Assembly: GCA_937966555.1 (NCBI GenBank)
Contig: CALCLY010000036.1
Span: 122,116 to 186,115 of the forward strand
From: an uncultured Clostridia bacterium
Lineage (GTDB): Bacteria > Bacillota > Clostridia > UMGS1883 > UMGS1540
DNA: 64,000 nucleotides
Direction: 5' to 3'
Shown here: positions 9,198 through 18,085 of the stretch, piece after piece
Numbering within the stretch: the stretch's first letter is position 1
Layout: each line of letters starts with the position of its first letter
Translations under genes and position numbers: made by a program
The notes under the pieces: model-generated
Seen by the model: the letters and a program-made list of their open reading frames with translations, nothing else
Databases searched by the model: none
What the model was told of the DNA's origin: nothing

Positions 9198-10205
9198 TTA
9201 TTTTTGTATCATCTGAGCCTGTACGCATGTGATTGCAACAACGCCTGCGATATCATCGGCGTTACAGCCTCTTGAAAGGTCGTTTACGGGAGCTGCTATA
9301 CCCTGGAGAACAGGACCGTATGCCTCAGCCTTTGCAAGACGCTGAACAAGCTTGTAGCCTATGTTGCCGGCATCAAGATTCGGGAATATAAGAACGTTTG
9401 CATGACCTGCAATAGCACTATCGGGAGCTTTTGCTTTGCCTATCTCGGGAACGATTGCAGCGTCAAGCTGAAGCTCGCCGTCAAGCTTTAATTCAGGAGC
9501 TTTTTCTTTTGCAAGACGTGTAGCTTCAACAACTTTTTCAACAAGCGTATGCTTTGCGGAACCGTAGCTTGAGTGAGAAAGCATTGCAACTTTCGGTTCT
9601 GCACCGAAAAGGTTCTTGAAGGACTGAGCCGAGGAAATTGCAATTTCAGAAAGCTCGTCTGCTGTGGGATCCTGGTTAAGACCGCAGTCGGCGAATACAA
9701 ATGCGCCGTTTTCGCCGTATTCGCAGTCCGGAACTATCATGGCAAAAAATGCCGATACAAGCTTTGTGCCGGGAGCTGTTTTGAGAATTTGAAGTGCGGG
9801 GCGCAAAACATTTGCCGTGGCGTTTATAGCACCTGCAACCATGCCGTCAGCGTCGCCGGACTTAACCATCATTGTGCCGAAATAAAGAACATTGTCAAGA
9901 GTTTCCAAAGCCTTTTCGGGCGTCATGCCTTTTGCTTTGCGAAGCTCATAAAACTTATCGGCATAAGCGGCTTTGTCGGGCGAAGTTTTGGGATTTATAA
10001 GCTTTGCGGCGCTGATATCAAGATTTTCACTTTCAGCCATTTTTTTGATTTCGGATTCATCACCCAAAATGATAATGTTGGCTATTTCATCTTTCAAAAC
10101 TTTTGCCGCAGCGCGGATTGTACGCATATCACTGCCTTCGGCAAGAACAACGGTTTTCTTGTCGCTCTTGGCTTTTGCAATGATTCCGTCCATAAATTTA
10201 CTCAT
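9198..10205 (-). CDS. pta: phosphate acetyltransferase
   Basis: 335 aa with Pta-family homology throughout (…TVVLAEGSD…RAAA…GMVAGA…). It forms an operon with ackA. Confidence 0.9.
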   Translation of the reverse strand: MSKFMDGIIAKAKSDKKTVVLAEGSDMRTIRAAAKVLKDEIANIIILGDESEIKKMAESENLDISAAKLINPKTSPDKAAYADKFYELRKAKGMTPEKALETLDNVLYFGTMMVKSGDADGMVAGAINATANVLRPALQILKTAPGTKLVSAFFAMIVPDCEYGENGAFVFADCGLNQDPTADELSEIAISSAQSFKNLFGAEPKVAMLSHSSYGSAKHTLVEKVVEATRLAKEKAPELKLDGELQLDAAIVPEIGKAKAPDSAIAGHANVLIFPNLDAGNIGYKLVQRLAKAEAYGPVLQGIAAPVNDLSRGCNADDIAGVVAITCVQAQMIQK

Positions 10206-10246
10206 ATAAAATCATCTCCAAATATTTATTTTGCTTTAACAGTATA

Positions 10247-10275
10247 ATTATACAACACTTGTTTGCAAAATTCAA
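10247..10275 (-). promoter_or_regulatory. putative sigma-A promoter of pta-ackA (-35 TTGAAT, 17 bp, -10 TATAAT on minus strand)
   Basis: Read from sequence. The -10 occupies 10247-10252 and the -35 occupies 10270-10275 on the reverse strand, about 40 nt upstream of the pta start. Confidence 0.4.
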
Positions 10276-10332
10276 GAGAAAAATGCATAATATGTCAAAA
10301 AATAAATTATTTTTTTATTTTTCAAAAAGGGG

Positions 10333-10361
10333 TTGACATAGCTTTGAGTATAGTGTAGAAT
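10333..10361 (+). promoter_or_regulatory. putative sigma-A promoter (TTGACA, 17 bp, TAGAAT) for the ABC exporter gene
   Basis: Consensus -35 at 10333-10338 and -10 at 10356-10361. The RBS GGAGGA precedes the ATG at 10394. Confidence 0.5.
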
Positions 10362-10393
10362 GTGGTTTAAGTAATATATAGGAGGAAAAATTT

Positions 10394-12652
10394 ATGGACG
10401 ACGTACCCCTTATATCAAACAAAAAAGTAAATGAAAAGGTGCTATCTTCCGCATCACGTATTATGAACGGCAAAAAACCTCTTTTTGCCGTTGTGGGCGA
10501 TCTCAGCCGCAACGCAAAATATTCCGAAAGCTGTCTGCTTTTCTTTGAAAGCGGATTACTTTTGTTTGAAAATAGCGAGAGCGATGGGAGAGCCTTTTAT
10601 TATTCGGAAATTACGGATATTTATACCAAACGTATGTACGGGAATGCATGTATTTTTATCTCAACCGAAAGCGAAAAGGATATGCTTTTGTTCAGATATA
10701 CTTATTCGCTTGCCGCCATTTGTGACGCTGCGGTAAATTTTGCGGACAGAGTGTGCAGCGGTGTGAATATTAAAGAAGAACTTGCGGTGGTTGAGGCTAC
10801 ATACGAAAAAGCTTTGAGTGTCTGCCCCAAATGCGGCAGAAATCTTATTCGCCCGGGTGCGGAGTGCATAATGTGCCGCTCGAAAAAGAAGATTGCCGGA
10901 AAGCTTTTAGAATATATTGCGCCGCAGAAATATGTGCTGATTTTTTGCAGCATACTGTCTCTTATAACAACGGCAATGTCGCTTTTGCCGCCTTATGTTA
11001 CGAAAATAATGGTTGACAAAATAATTCCGTCGGGAAACGAAAAAATGCTTGCGGCGGTTATCGGGGCGCTGCTTCTGTCATATATTATTCAGTACGGCAT
11101 AGGCATAATACGCAGCTATTATATGCGTGCCGCGGGTGACAAAACCGTGGAACTTCTGCGAAACGATATATACAGAAAAGCACAGTATCTGCCCATGAAG
11201 TTTTACGACAAAACGTCAACGGGTTCGGTTATAAACAGAATTGCGAGCGATTCGGCAACGCTTCAGCAATTTATGCTGAGGATAACGCAGGAGGTTGTCG
11301 TTCAGTTTTTCCTGCTTATAGGCATTGTGGTTATAATGTTTGTTTTAAACTGGAAGCTTACGCTGCTTTCGCTTCTCCCCGTACCGTTCGTTGTTATAGG
11401 TTCAAAAATTTTCGGCAAGAAAATTGCGCCGTATTACAAAAGAATCTGGAGAAGATGGTCTGCCGTTACATCTATTTTGGCGGATTCAATTCCGTGCGTG
11501 AGAATAATAAAGTCTTTTGCCGGAGAGGACAGAGCCGTTAAAAAATTTGAAAAATACAATAAAGAGTGGCTCGGGGTTGACTTAAAATCCGCAAAAATTT
11601 CAACCGCTTTTCCAAACATTGTTTCATTTATTATTACTTGCGGCTCGCTTGCAATATGGGCAATAGGCGGCGGAAGTGCCATAAGAAATCCTAATGGTGC
11701 GGTGTCGGTTGGTATGCTTGTGTCATTTATCTCATATACTACCATGTTTTACGGCCCTGTAAACTTTTTTGCAAATCTTAACGATTCTTATCAGAGTGCG
11801 CTTTCTTCAACGGAAAGAATACTTGATATATTGGAAGCGGAGCCCGAAAACGATGTTTCGGAGGGGTTGAAACCGCCGATGCTCCGCGGGAAAATAGAAT
11901 TTAAAAACGTTAATTTTTCGTTTGACAGAACCAAAAAGGTTCTAAACGATATAAATCTCACAATAGAGCCCGGAGATATTGTCGGAATAGTGGGTACAAC
12001 GGGTTCGGGCAAATCCACCCTTATAAACCTTCTTATGAGATTTTATGATAATTATGAAGGAGATATTTTGGTAGACGGTCAGAATATAAAGAATTTTGAC
12101 ATAGGAGCGTACCGCGCAAAAATCGGATACGTTCAGCAGGAACCGATGATGTTCAGCGATACGATATTCAATAATATTTCTTACGGCGTTCCGGAAGCTT
12201 CAGTTGAAGAAGTGATTCACGCGGCAGATGTTGCCAATGCACACGGATTCATAGCACGCCTCCCCGATGCGTACGATACGGTTTTGGGGGAGAGGGGAGT
12301 GGGCGTCTCCGGCGGTGAAAAGCAGAGACTTTCAATTGCACGTGCCGTTCTTAAAAATCCGAGTATAATGATATTTGACGAGGCGACCGCTGCTGTGGAT
12401 TCCGAAACCGAGAATCTTATACAGCAGGCGATTGACAAGCTTATAAGCGGCAGAACAACACTCATGATAGCACACAGACTTTCAACTTTGCGCAAGGCTA
12501 ACAAAATTGTGGTTGTTGATAAAGGCAAAATAATAGAATTCGGCTCGCCCGAAGAGCTTATGGCGCTCAAAGGCAAATACTATAAGCTTATAAAAATACA
12601 ATCCATGTCCGATGAAGTTAACAGAGAAAGGCAGGCGGAAAATTTTGAGTAG
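10394..12652 (+). CDS. ABC transporter ATP-binding/permease fusion (type I exporter) with a ~170-aa N-terminal PH-like + zinc-ribbon extension
   Basis: Six-TM exporter domain. Walker A GTTGSGKST, signature LSGGEKQR, Walker B IMIFDEATAAVD. The N-terminal extension contains CPKCGRN...CIMCRS. Confidence 0.85.
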   Translation: MDDVPLISNKKVNEKVLSSASRIMNGKKPLFAVVGDLSRNAKYSESCLLFFESGLLLFENSESDGRAFYYSEITDIYTKRMYGNACIFISTESEKDMLLFRYTYSLAAICDAAVNFADRVCSGVNIKEELAVVEATYEKALSVCPKCGRNLIRPGAECIMCRSKKKIAGKLLEYIAPQKYVLIFCSILSLITTAMSLLPPYVTKIMVDKIIPSGNEKMLAAVIGALLLSYIIQYGIGIIRSYYMRAAGDKTVELLRNDIYRKAQYLPMKFYDKTSTGSVINRIASDSATLQQFMLRITQEVVVQFFLLIGIVVIMFVLNWKLTLLSLLPVPFVVIGSKIFGKKIAPYYKRIWRRWSAVTSILADSIPCVRIIKSFAGEDRAVKKFEKYNKEWLGVDLKSAKISTAFPNIVSFIITCGSLAIWAIGGGSAIRNPNGAVSVGMLVSFISYTTMFYGPVNFFANLNDSYQSALSSTERILDILEAEPENDVSEGLKPPMLRGKIEFKNVNFSFDRTKKVLNDINLTIEPGDIVGIVGTTGSGKSTLINLLMRFYDNYEGDILVDGQNIKNFDIGAYRAKIGYVQQEPMMFSDTIFNNISYGVPEASVEEVIHAADVANAHGFIARLPDAYDTVLGERGVGVSGGEKQRLSIARAVLKNPSIMIFDEATAAVDSETENLIQQAIDKLISGRTTLMIAHRLSTLRKANKIVVVDKGKIIEFGSPEELMALKGKYYKLIKIQSMSDEVNRERQAENFE

Positions 12653-13133
12653 AATATACATAAACAGCGATGAAGTCCGTTTTACAAAGAACGGTTTAAA
12701 CCATGTTGATGCGGAATTCTATGACGGAACACGCATGTATGACCTTGAACCGCGCAGACTTTTTCCCGTCAGCGGACTTGACAAATATATCACTTTACTC
12801 GATGAAAACGGAGACGAAAAAGCGGTTATCAGAAATGTTTCGCACTTAATGCCGGAGTCACGCGATGTAATTAACGATTGCCTGCGCGAATATTATCTTA
12901 TACCAAAAATCACAAGACTTCTTGACAGCGACGAAAAATATGGTATAATAAAATGGAAGGTCGAAACAGACAGAGGCATTAAAGCTTTTGATATCAGAAA
13001 CAGACACCACGATATAAAGGTGTTGTTTGACGGACGTGTGCTTGTGAGGGACAGCAATGATAACAGATATGAAATTCCCGATTATAAAAAGCTTGACAAG
13101 CACAGCAGAAAACTTCTGATTTCGGAGCTTTGA
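12612..13133 (+). CDS. DUF1854-like protein (ABC-exporter-associated); start uncertain (TTG at 12645 possible)
   Basis: 173-aa ORF overlapping the end of the ABC gene. Family recall is that DUF1854 proteins are encoded next to such exporters. Confidence 0.45.
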   Translation: MKLTEKGRRKILSRIYINSDEVRFTKNGLNHVDAEFYDGTRMYDLEPRRLFPVSGLDKYITLLDENGDEKAVIRNVSHLMPESRDVINDCLREYYLIPKITRLLDSDEKYGIIKWKVETDRGIKAFDIRNRHHDIKVLFDGRVLVRDSNDNRYEIPDYKKLDKHSRKLLISEL

Positions 13134-13189
13134 TAAATGTCGCAGGGCTCGTGCGATGAAAAGAATTACAGAGCAGAAAGGGTTTTTAA

Positions 13190-13516
13190 ATGAAACTTGT
13201 ATTGGCAATTGTAAGTAACGATGATACCGGGGCGGTTGTTCCTGAACTTATTAAAGAAGGATATTCGGTTACCACGCTTTCAACCACAGGCGGGTTTTTG
13301 AGAGTGGGAAATACAACGCTTTTGGTTGTGACTGAAGATGAAAAGGTAACTCAGCTTCGCGATCTTTTTGCTAAATATTGCTCGTCAAGAAAAAAGGTAA
13401 ACCCCTCAACATCTTCTTTTGGAAAGAATATGCTGTCGGACAGTCCGGCTGAGGAAGTTTCCGTAGGCGGCGCAACATTTTTTGTTTTAAATGTTGATAA
13501 AATGGAAAAATTCTGA
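13190..13516 (+). CDS. darA: PII-like cyclic-di-AMP receptor (DarA/YaaQ family)
   Basis: 108 aa. MKLVLAIVSNDD...VTTLSTTGGFLRVGNTTLLVVTEDEKV...VGGATFFVLNVD matches the DarA/YaaQ pattern position by position. Confidence 0.6.
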   Translation: MKLVLAIVSNDDTGAVVPELIKEGYSVTTLSTTGGFLRVGNTTLLVVTEDEKVTQLRDLFAKYCSSRKKVNPSTSSFGKNMLSDSPAEEVSVGGATFFVLNVDKMEKF

Positions 13517-13591
13517 TTTTTTCAAAAAAACAATTGACTTAATTTGTTTTTTGTGATAAAATATAAGGCAGTGATTTTGTTGAATCAGTTT

Positions 13592-14017
13592 ATGAAACTT
13601 GCAATTGAAGAAGCGCGGATTGCCATGTGCGGGGGAGAGGTTCCTGTAGGCGCGGTGGTTACGAAAAACGGCGTTGTTGTGGCAAAAGCGCATAATTTGG
13701 TTGAAAAGCTTCATGATTCCACCGCACATGCAGAGATTCTTGCCATACGCAAGGCGGGAGAGGCATTGGGCAATTGGAGACTTACTGAATGCAGTTTGTA
13801 TGTCACGCTTGAGCCTTGTGCGATGTGTGCAGCGGCACTGTTGCGCGCCCGAATCGCTGCCCTTTATTTCGGCTCTTTTGACAGTGAGTTCGGAGCAGTG
13901 GAAAGCAACAGGCTGATTGTTAATCCGCGTTTGTCTGTGTATTGCGGCATAGAAGAGGATGAATGCAATAAAATCATCAGATGTTTTTTTGATAAAAAAC
14001 GTTTGAAATGCGAATAA
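13592..14017 (+). CDS. tadA: tRNA adenosine(34) deaminase
   Basis: CDA motifs HAEILAI and PCAMCAAAL. The start MKLAIEEARIA is more likely than the longer tool ORF from 13544. Confidence 0.85.
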   Translation: MKLAIEEARIAMCGGEVPVGAVVTKNGVVVAKAHNLVEKLHDSTAHAEILAIRKAGEALGNWRLTECSLYVTLEPCAMCAAALLRARIAALYFGSFDSEFGAVESNRLIVNPRLSVYCGIEEDECNKIIRCFFDKKRLKCE

Positions 14018-14109
14018 GGACGGGTATCGAAGTGGTCATAACGGGGCTGACTCGAAATCAGTTTGTCGGTAATACCGGCACGTGGGTTCGAATCCCACCC
14101 CGTCCGCCA
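14018..14109 (+). tRNA. tRNA-Ser (anticodon CGA), type II with long variable arm
   Basis: GGACGGG...CCCGTCC acceptor stem, T-arm GGTTCGAATCC, anticodon loop CTCGAAA, CCA encoded. Confidence 0.85.
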
Positions 14110-14294
14110 ATTATGCGGGTTTGCTTAACTTTTGCGAACCCGCATTTACTTTATGTTTTTTGCCCAATTTTGCCTTAAACCTCACCATTATTCGTTACCG
14201 TACAGTAATTCAAGCGGCTTGAAATACGGTATAATTATACTGCACACATTGTCGCGATAGCCGCTGTATGTAGTAAGCTGAATACTCGGTTTGA

Positions 14295-15005
14295 CGCGTT
14301 CAAGCCATTGCTGCATTTATCGAATACCTTGCCGAGGGAACAGATAAAGCTCTTGCGGAATTTACGGCGTTTATGGGCAGTGATTTTGCAGCGCCTCAAA
14401 AAGATTCGGCGCATTATATGATGAATTTTATCAATGCTATGACGGCAAGTATTGAGCAGAAAAAAGCTGAAATCAAGTTTTATATAAATGATATTATGAA
14501 AGATAAAAACGGTTCCCTTAATCAGCGTTTTGTAAACTGCGGAAAAGAGAGCAAACTGTTTGATTTTCAATTTGATTCGCATTTTGATTTTGAAAACGAT
14601 GTAATTATCTATCCTCTCGAAACTATGGATGATGTAATTCGCTTTGATATTATGCAGATGCTTGCAAATAAGATTAAATTCAAGCCGTGCAAATGCTGCG
14701 GTCATTATTTTGTGCCCGGCGGGCGCACGAACAGCGAATACTGCGACAGAATTATGCCCGGCGAAACAAGACCTTGCAATGAGTTCGGCGCACTTAAAAC
14801 ATTTGATATCACTCATAAAAACGACGATATTCATAAAGCCTATATCACCGCTTACCGCCGTATGGACTCACGCCAGCGCGCAAAGCTCATCACTAAAGAT
14901 GAATTCAAGCAGTTCGGCAAAATTGCCCGTGCCGAGCGTAAAAAATGCTATAACGGCGAAATAACTCTTGATCAGTTCAAAACTTGGCTTGATGATTTTA
15001 GATAA
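14295..15005 (+). pseudogene. 5'-truncated paralog of the element gene at 1525-2748 (DUF6076-like Cys-motif protein)
   Basis: The reading frame is open from 14295 with no start codon until 14373. The C-terminal motif CKCCGHYF...YCDRI...CNEF parallels CEICETYF...YCMGF...CRKF of ORF 1525-2748. It sits directly downstream of tRNA-Ser. Confidence 0.4.
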
Positions 15006-15049
15006 ATGTATAGCGAAAGCAGCAGATTGCGGTCTGCTGCTTTTGTGGA

Positions 15050-18000
15050 TTATACTCTGTTTGAAGTTCTATATGTTTCCTGTGCCAATGTAGCCATAAC
15101 CGTATCATAAAAGCGTTTATCCTCAAACAATTTTGAAAACGCCTTCATCTGTTCCATATAACAGTCCTGCGCAACCTGTTTGAACACTTCGGGAAATATT
15201 GACTTTGTATAAACTTCCTCATCATTTTTCTGTGCCTGACGGTTTAGTTTCTTATTTTCCTTTGCTCTGTTGTAAAGTGTTTCAACAATAACTCTGTCAC
15301 CCTCCGAAAAAATACCGTCAAACCGTTCATTTATTTTGCTGATAATTTCTTCAAGCAAAGCATCTTCTTCGGACATAAATCCGGCCGTTTTTAATGACTT
15401 CGGATTTTCGAGTGTTTTTGTTGCTTCCGTCGGTGCTAAACTAATATCTCCGTGAAAATCCTCTTGAATTTTATAGTATTCAAGTTTCAGCTTATCCTCC
15501 AAATCAACATTGCGTGTGTCGCTGACCGGCGGCAGCATTTTTTCAAGGTACTGCGTATATGTGTATTCCTCCTGCAAAGACCTGTCAAACATCCTGCTTA
15601 TCTGCGTAATATATGAATACCACTTATTAAAATTTTTAACCGTTTTCTTGACCTCAAATCTATCTTCCTCACTCATCGCCTCATATCTTGCCACAACGGG
15701 TTTTAAAAGGCTTGTGAGCTTTCCCAAATCGCTGTCATTTTGGTCTTTTTTTAAAAATATCTTTAAAAATTCCTGTATATCATTTTCGTCATATATTCCT
15801 TTTTGACGGAGAAGCTGTCTTGTATCGTAAATCATATTGACATTGATTTCTTCATCAAGATATGTAGCCTCGTAGTACGGCTCAAAGGCTTTTTGTATGT
15901 CCTCTGCTGTGTTTACAAAATCCAGTACAAATGTATCTGTTTTGCCCGGACAGGTTCGGTTAAGCCTTGAAAGGGTCTGCACGGCTTTGACATCTTTCAG
16001 TTTTTTATCGACAAACATTGTGTGCAGCAACGGCTCGTCAAATCCTGTCTGATATTTTTCCGCAACAACAAGCATTGCATATTCGTCTTTATTAAATTCG
16101 GACGGCAGCTGACTTTCTTTTATGGTCGTTCCGTCCTTTCGCTTGTTCAAGCCTTCTTCGGTGTACTCAAATTCGCCGTCTTTCACAACGCCCGAAAAGG
16201 CAACAAGAATTTCAACATCATCATATCCGTGACTTTCAATATAGCGTTTCATCTCGTGATAATATCTTATTGCGTGAAGCCGCGACGCCGTTACAACCAT
16301 TGCTTTTGCTCTGCCGTTTATTTTATTTTTTGTAACGCTTCTGTATGTTTCAATAATAATGGCGGTTTTCTGTGCAATGTTGTGAGGGTGCAGTTCCTTG
16401 TACCTCAAAACAGCCTTTACTGCTTTGTTTGCCGGCACTTCGGGGTTGTCCGGCGTTTGTTTTGCAATGCGATAACAGGTTTTATAGTGCATAAAATTTT
16501 TCAGTACATCTAAAATAAAGCCCTCTTCAATAGCTTGTTTCATAGAATAAATATGAAACGGTCTGAAACCTTTGCCATTTTCTCTTGGTGTGCCGAATAT
16601 TTCAAGCGTTTTTTCTTTCGGCGTGGCGGTGAAGGCAAAAAACGAAAGGTTTTTGTGTTTCCCGTGCGACAGCATTTCGTCAACAAGCTTGTCCTCTTGG
16701 TCTTTCACCTCATCTTCCGCAATACCTTCAAGCTCGGCATATTCTTTTAATGCGTCCTCTGTGTCGGCAAGAGCAGTTTTCAATTTTGCGGCATTTTTCC
16801 CTGTCTGCGAATTGTGAGCCTCATCAACTATAACTGCAAACCGCCTGTCTGTTGTGTCATCAATTTCATTGTATATATACGGAAATTTCTGAATTGTTGT
16901 TATAATAATTTTCTTTCCGTTGTTTATAGCCGCTTTTAAATCTGCTGAATGTTTGTCATCATCAATTTTTTCGACAACGCCTTTTGTATGGTCGAATCCG
17001 TAAATTGTGTTCTGTGTTTGGCGGTCAAGTACAGTACGATCATTGACAACTATAACAGATGTGAATATAGGTTTGTTGTCCTTATCGTGCAGTTCGGTAA
17101 GCTGATAGGCAAGCCAAGCAATGGAATTGCTCTTGCCGGAGCCGGCGGAGTGCTGAATAAGGTAATTATGCCCCGAACCGTTGTCCTTAACATCTGCGAC
17201 CAGCTTTGATACAACATCTAACTGATGAAATCGCGGAAATATCAGTTTAACCGATTTCTTTTTGACTTCTTTTCCGTTTGAATAGACAATCTTTTCTTCC
17301 TCAACTCTCTGCAAAAACCTTTGAAGTATATTTAAAAGACTGTCCTTTGTCAAAACCTTTTCCCAAAGGTAGCTTGTGGCGTACCCGTTTTTGTTTTCGG
17401 GGTTTCCTTTGCCGCCGACATTTCCGGCGCCGTTTGAGCCTTGATTAAACGGCAGAAAAAATGTTTTTTCTCCGTCGAGCTTTGTTGTCATTGCAACTTC
17501 GTATAAATCAACGGCGAAATATACAAGAAAACGGTTGTCAAAGCGAAAACAAAACTCTTTCGGATTTCTGTCCGTCATAAATTGCTTTTTTGCATTTGCA
17601 ACGCTTTGTCCCGTTAATTGGTCTTTCAGCTCCAAAGCAACAACAGGTATTCCGTTTACGGACAGCACCATATCAATAGAATTTTCATTTTCGGTTGAAT
17701 ATTTAAACTGCCTTGTGCAGGTTACAATGTTTGAATTGTAATCGGCAAGAACGGAATCGTTGAGCGTTGTGTTTTCTTTGAAAGAGACAATTTTTATTTT
17801 TGCACCCCTATCTTCAAAGCCGTGCTTTAAAACATAGGTCAATCCGAACGTGTCAACACATTCCTGAAAACGCTTGTATAATCTCTTTTCAGCGTCTGCA
17901 CCATAATTTCTTTCGTACTTTTGCCACTCTTTCGGCTGCGTTGCCTTTATGTATTGTATCAGTTTTGGCAGGTCAATGGAAGTTTCCCGGTTATATGTCG

Positions 18001-18082
18001 ATAAATCGCCCTTTGTATATCCGCCGCAGTTTAACATATAGCTTTCTATGTCCTGCTCAAAGCGTTTTTCTTTTATATTCAT
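15050..18082 (-). CDS. hsdR: Type I restriction enzyme R subunit
   Basis: 1010 aa. DEAH helicase motifs (AVIVDEAHNSQ), an N-terminal nuclease region and overall HsdR architecture. Confidence 0.9.
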   Translation of the reverse strand: MNIKEKRFEQDIESYMLNCGGYTKGDLSTYNRETSIDLPKLIQYIKATQPKEWQKYERNYGADAEKRLYKRFQECVDTFGLTYVLKHGFEDRGAKIKIVSFKENTTLNDSVLADYNSNIVTCTRQFKYSTENENSIDMVLSVNGIPVVALELKDQLTGQSVANAKKQFMTDRNPKEFCFRFDNRFLVYFAVDLYEVAMTTKLDGEKTFFLPFNQGSNGAGNVGGKGNPENKNGYATSYLWEKVLTKDSLLNILQRFLQRVEEEKIVYSNGKEVKKKSVKLIFPRFHQLDVVSKLVADVKDNGSGHNYLIQHSAGSGKSNSIAWLAYQLTELHDKDNKPIFTSVIVVNDRTVLDRQTQNTIYGFDHTKGVVEKIDDDKHSADLKAAINNGKKIIITTIQKFPYIYNEIDDTTDRRFAVIVDEAHNSQTGKNAAKLKTALADTEDALKEYAELEGIAEDEVKDQEDKLVDEMLSHGKHKNLSFFAFTATPKEKTLEIFGTPRENGKGFRPFHIYSMKQAIEEGFILDVLKNFMHYKTCYRIAKQTPDNPEVPANKAVKAVLRYKELHPHNIAQKTAIIIETYRSVTKNKINGRAKAMVVTASRLHAIRYYHEMKRYIESHGYDDVEILVAFSGVVKDGEFEYTEEGLNKRKDGTTIKESQLPSEFNKDEYAMLVVAEKYQTGFDEPLLHTMFVDKKLKDVKAVQTLSRLNRTCPGKTDTFVLDFVNTAEDIQKAFEPYYEATYLDEEINVNMIYDTRQLLRQKGIYDENDIQEFLKIFLKKDQNDSDLGKLTSLLKPVVARYEAMSEEDRFEVKKTVKNFNKWYSYITQISRMFDRSLQEEYTYTQYLEKMLPPVSDTRNVDLEDKLKLEYYKIQEDFHGDISLAPTEATKTLENPKSLKTAGFMSEEDALLEEIISKINERFDGIFSEGDRVIVETLYNRAKENKKLNRQAQKNDEEVYTKSIFPEVFKQVAQDCYMEQMKAFSKLFEDKRFYDTVMATLAQETYRTSNRV

Positions 18083-18085
18083 AGG

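Noticed and set aside
9573-10247. 224-aa ORF antisense to pta, and similar ORFs antisense to ackA (8289-8652, 8898-9275)
   Set aside because: They are fully embedded in well-supported ackA/pta coding sequence on the opposite strand, with no RBS and unrecognisable products.
14235-14834. 199-aa minus-strand ORF overlapping the truncated element gene
   Set aside because: It is antisense to an ORF with clear family similarity. The product is low-complexity with no RBS.
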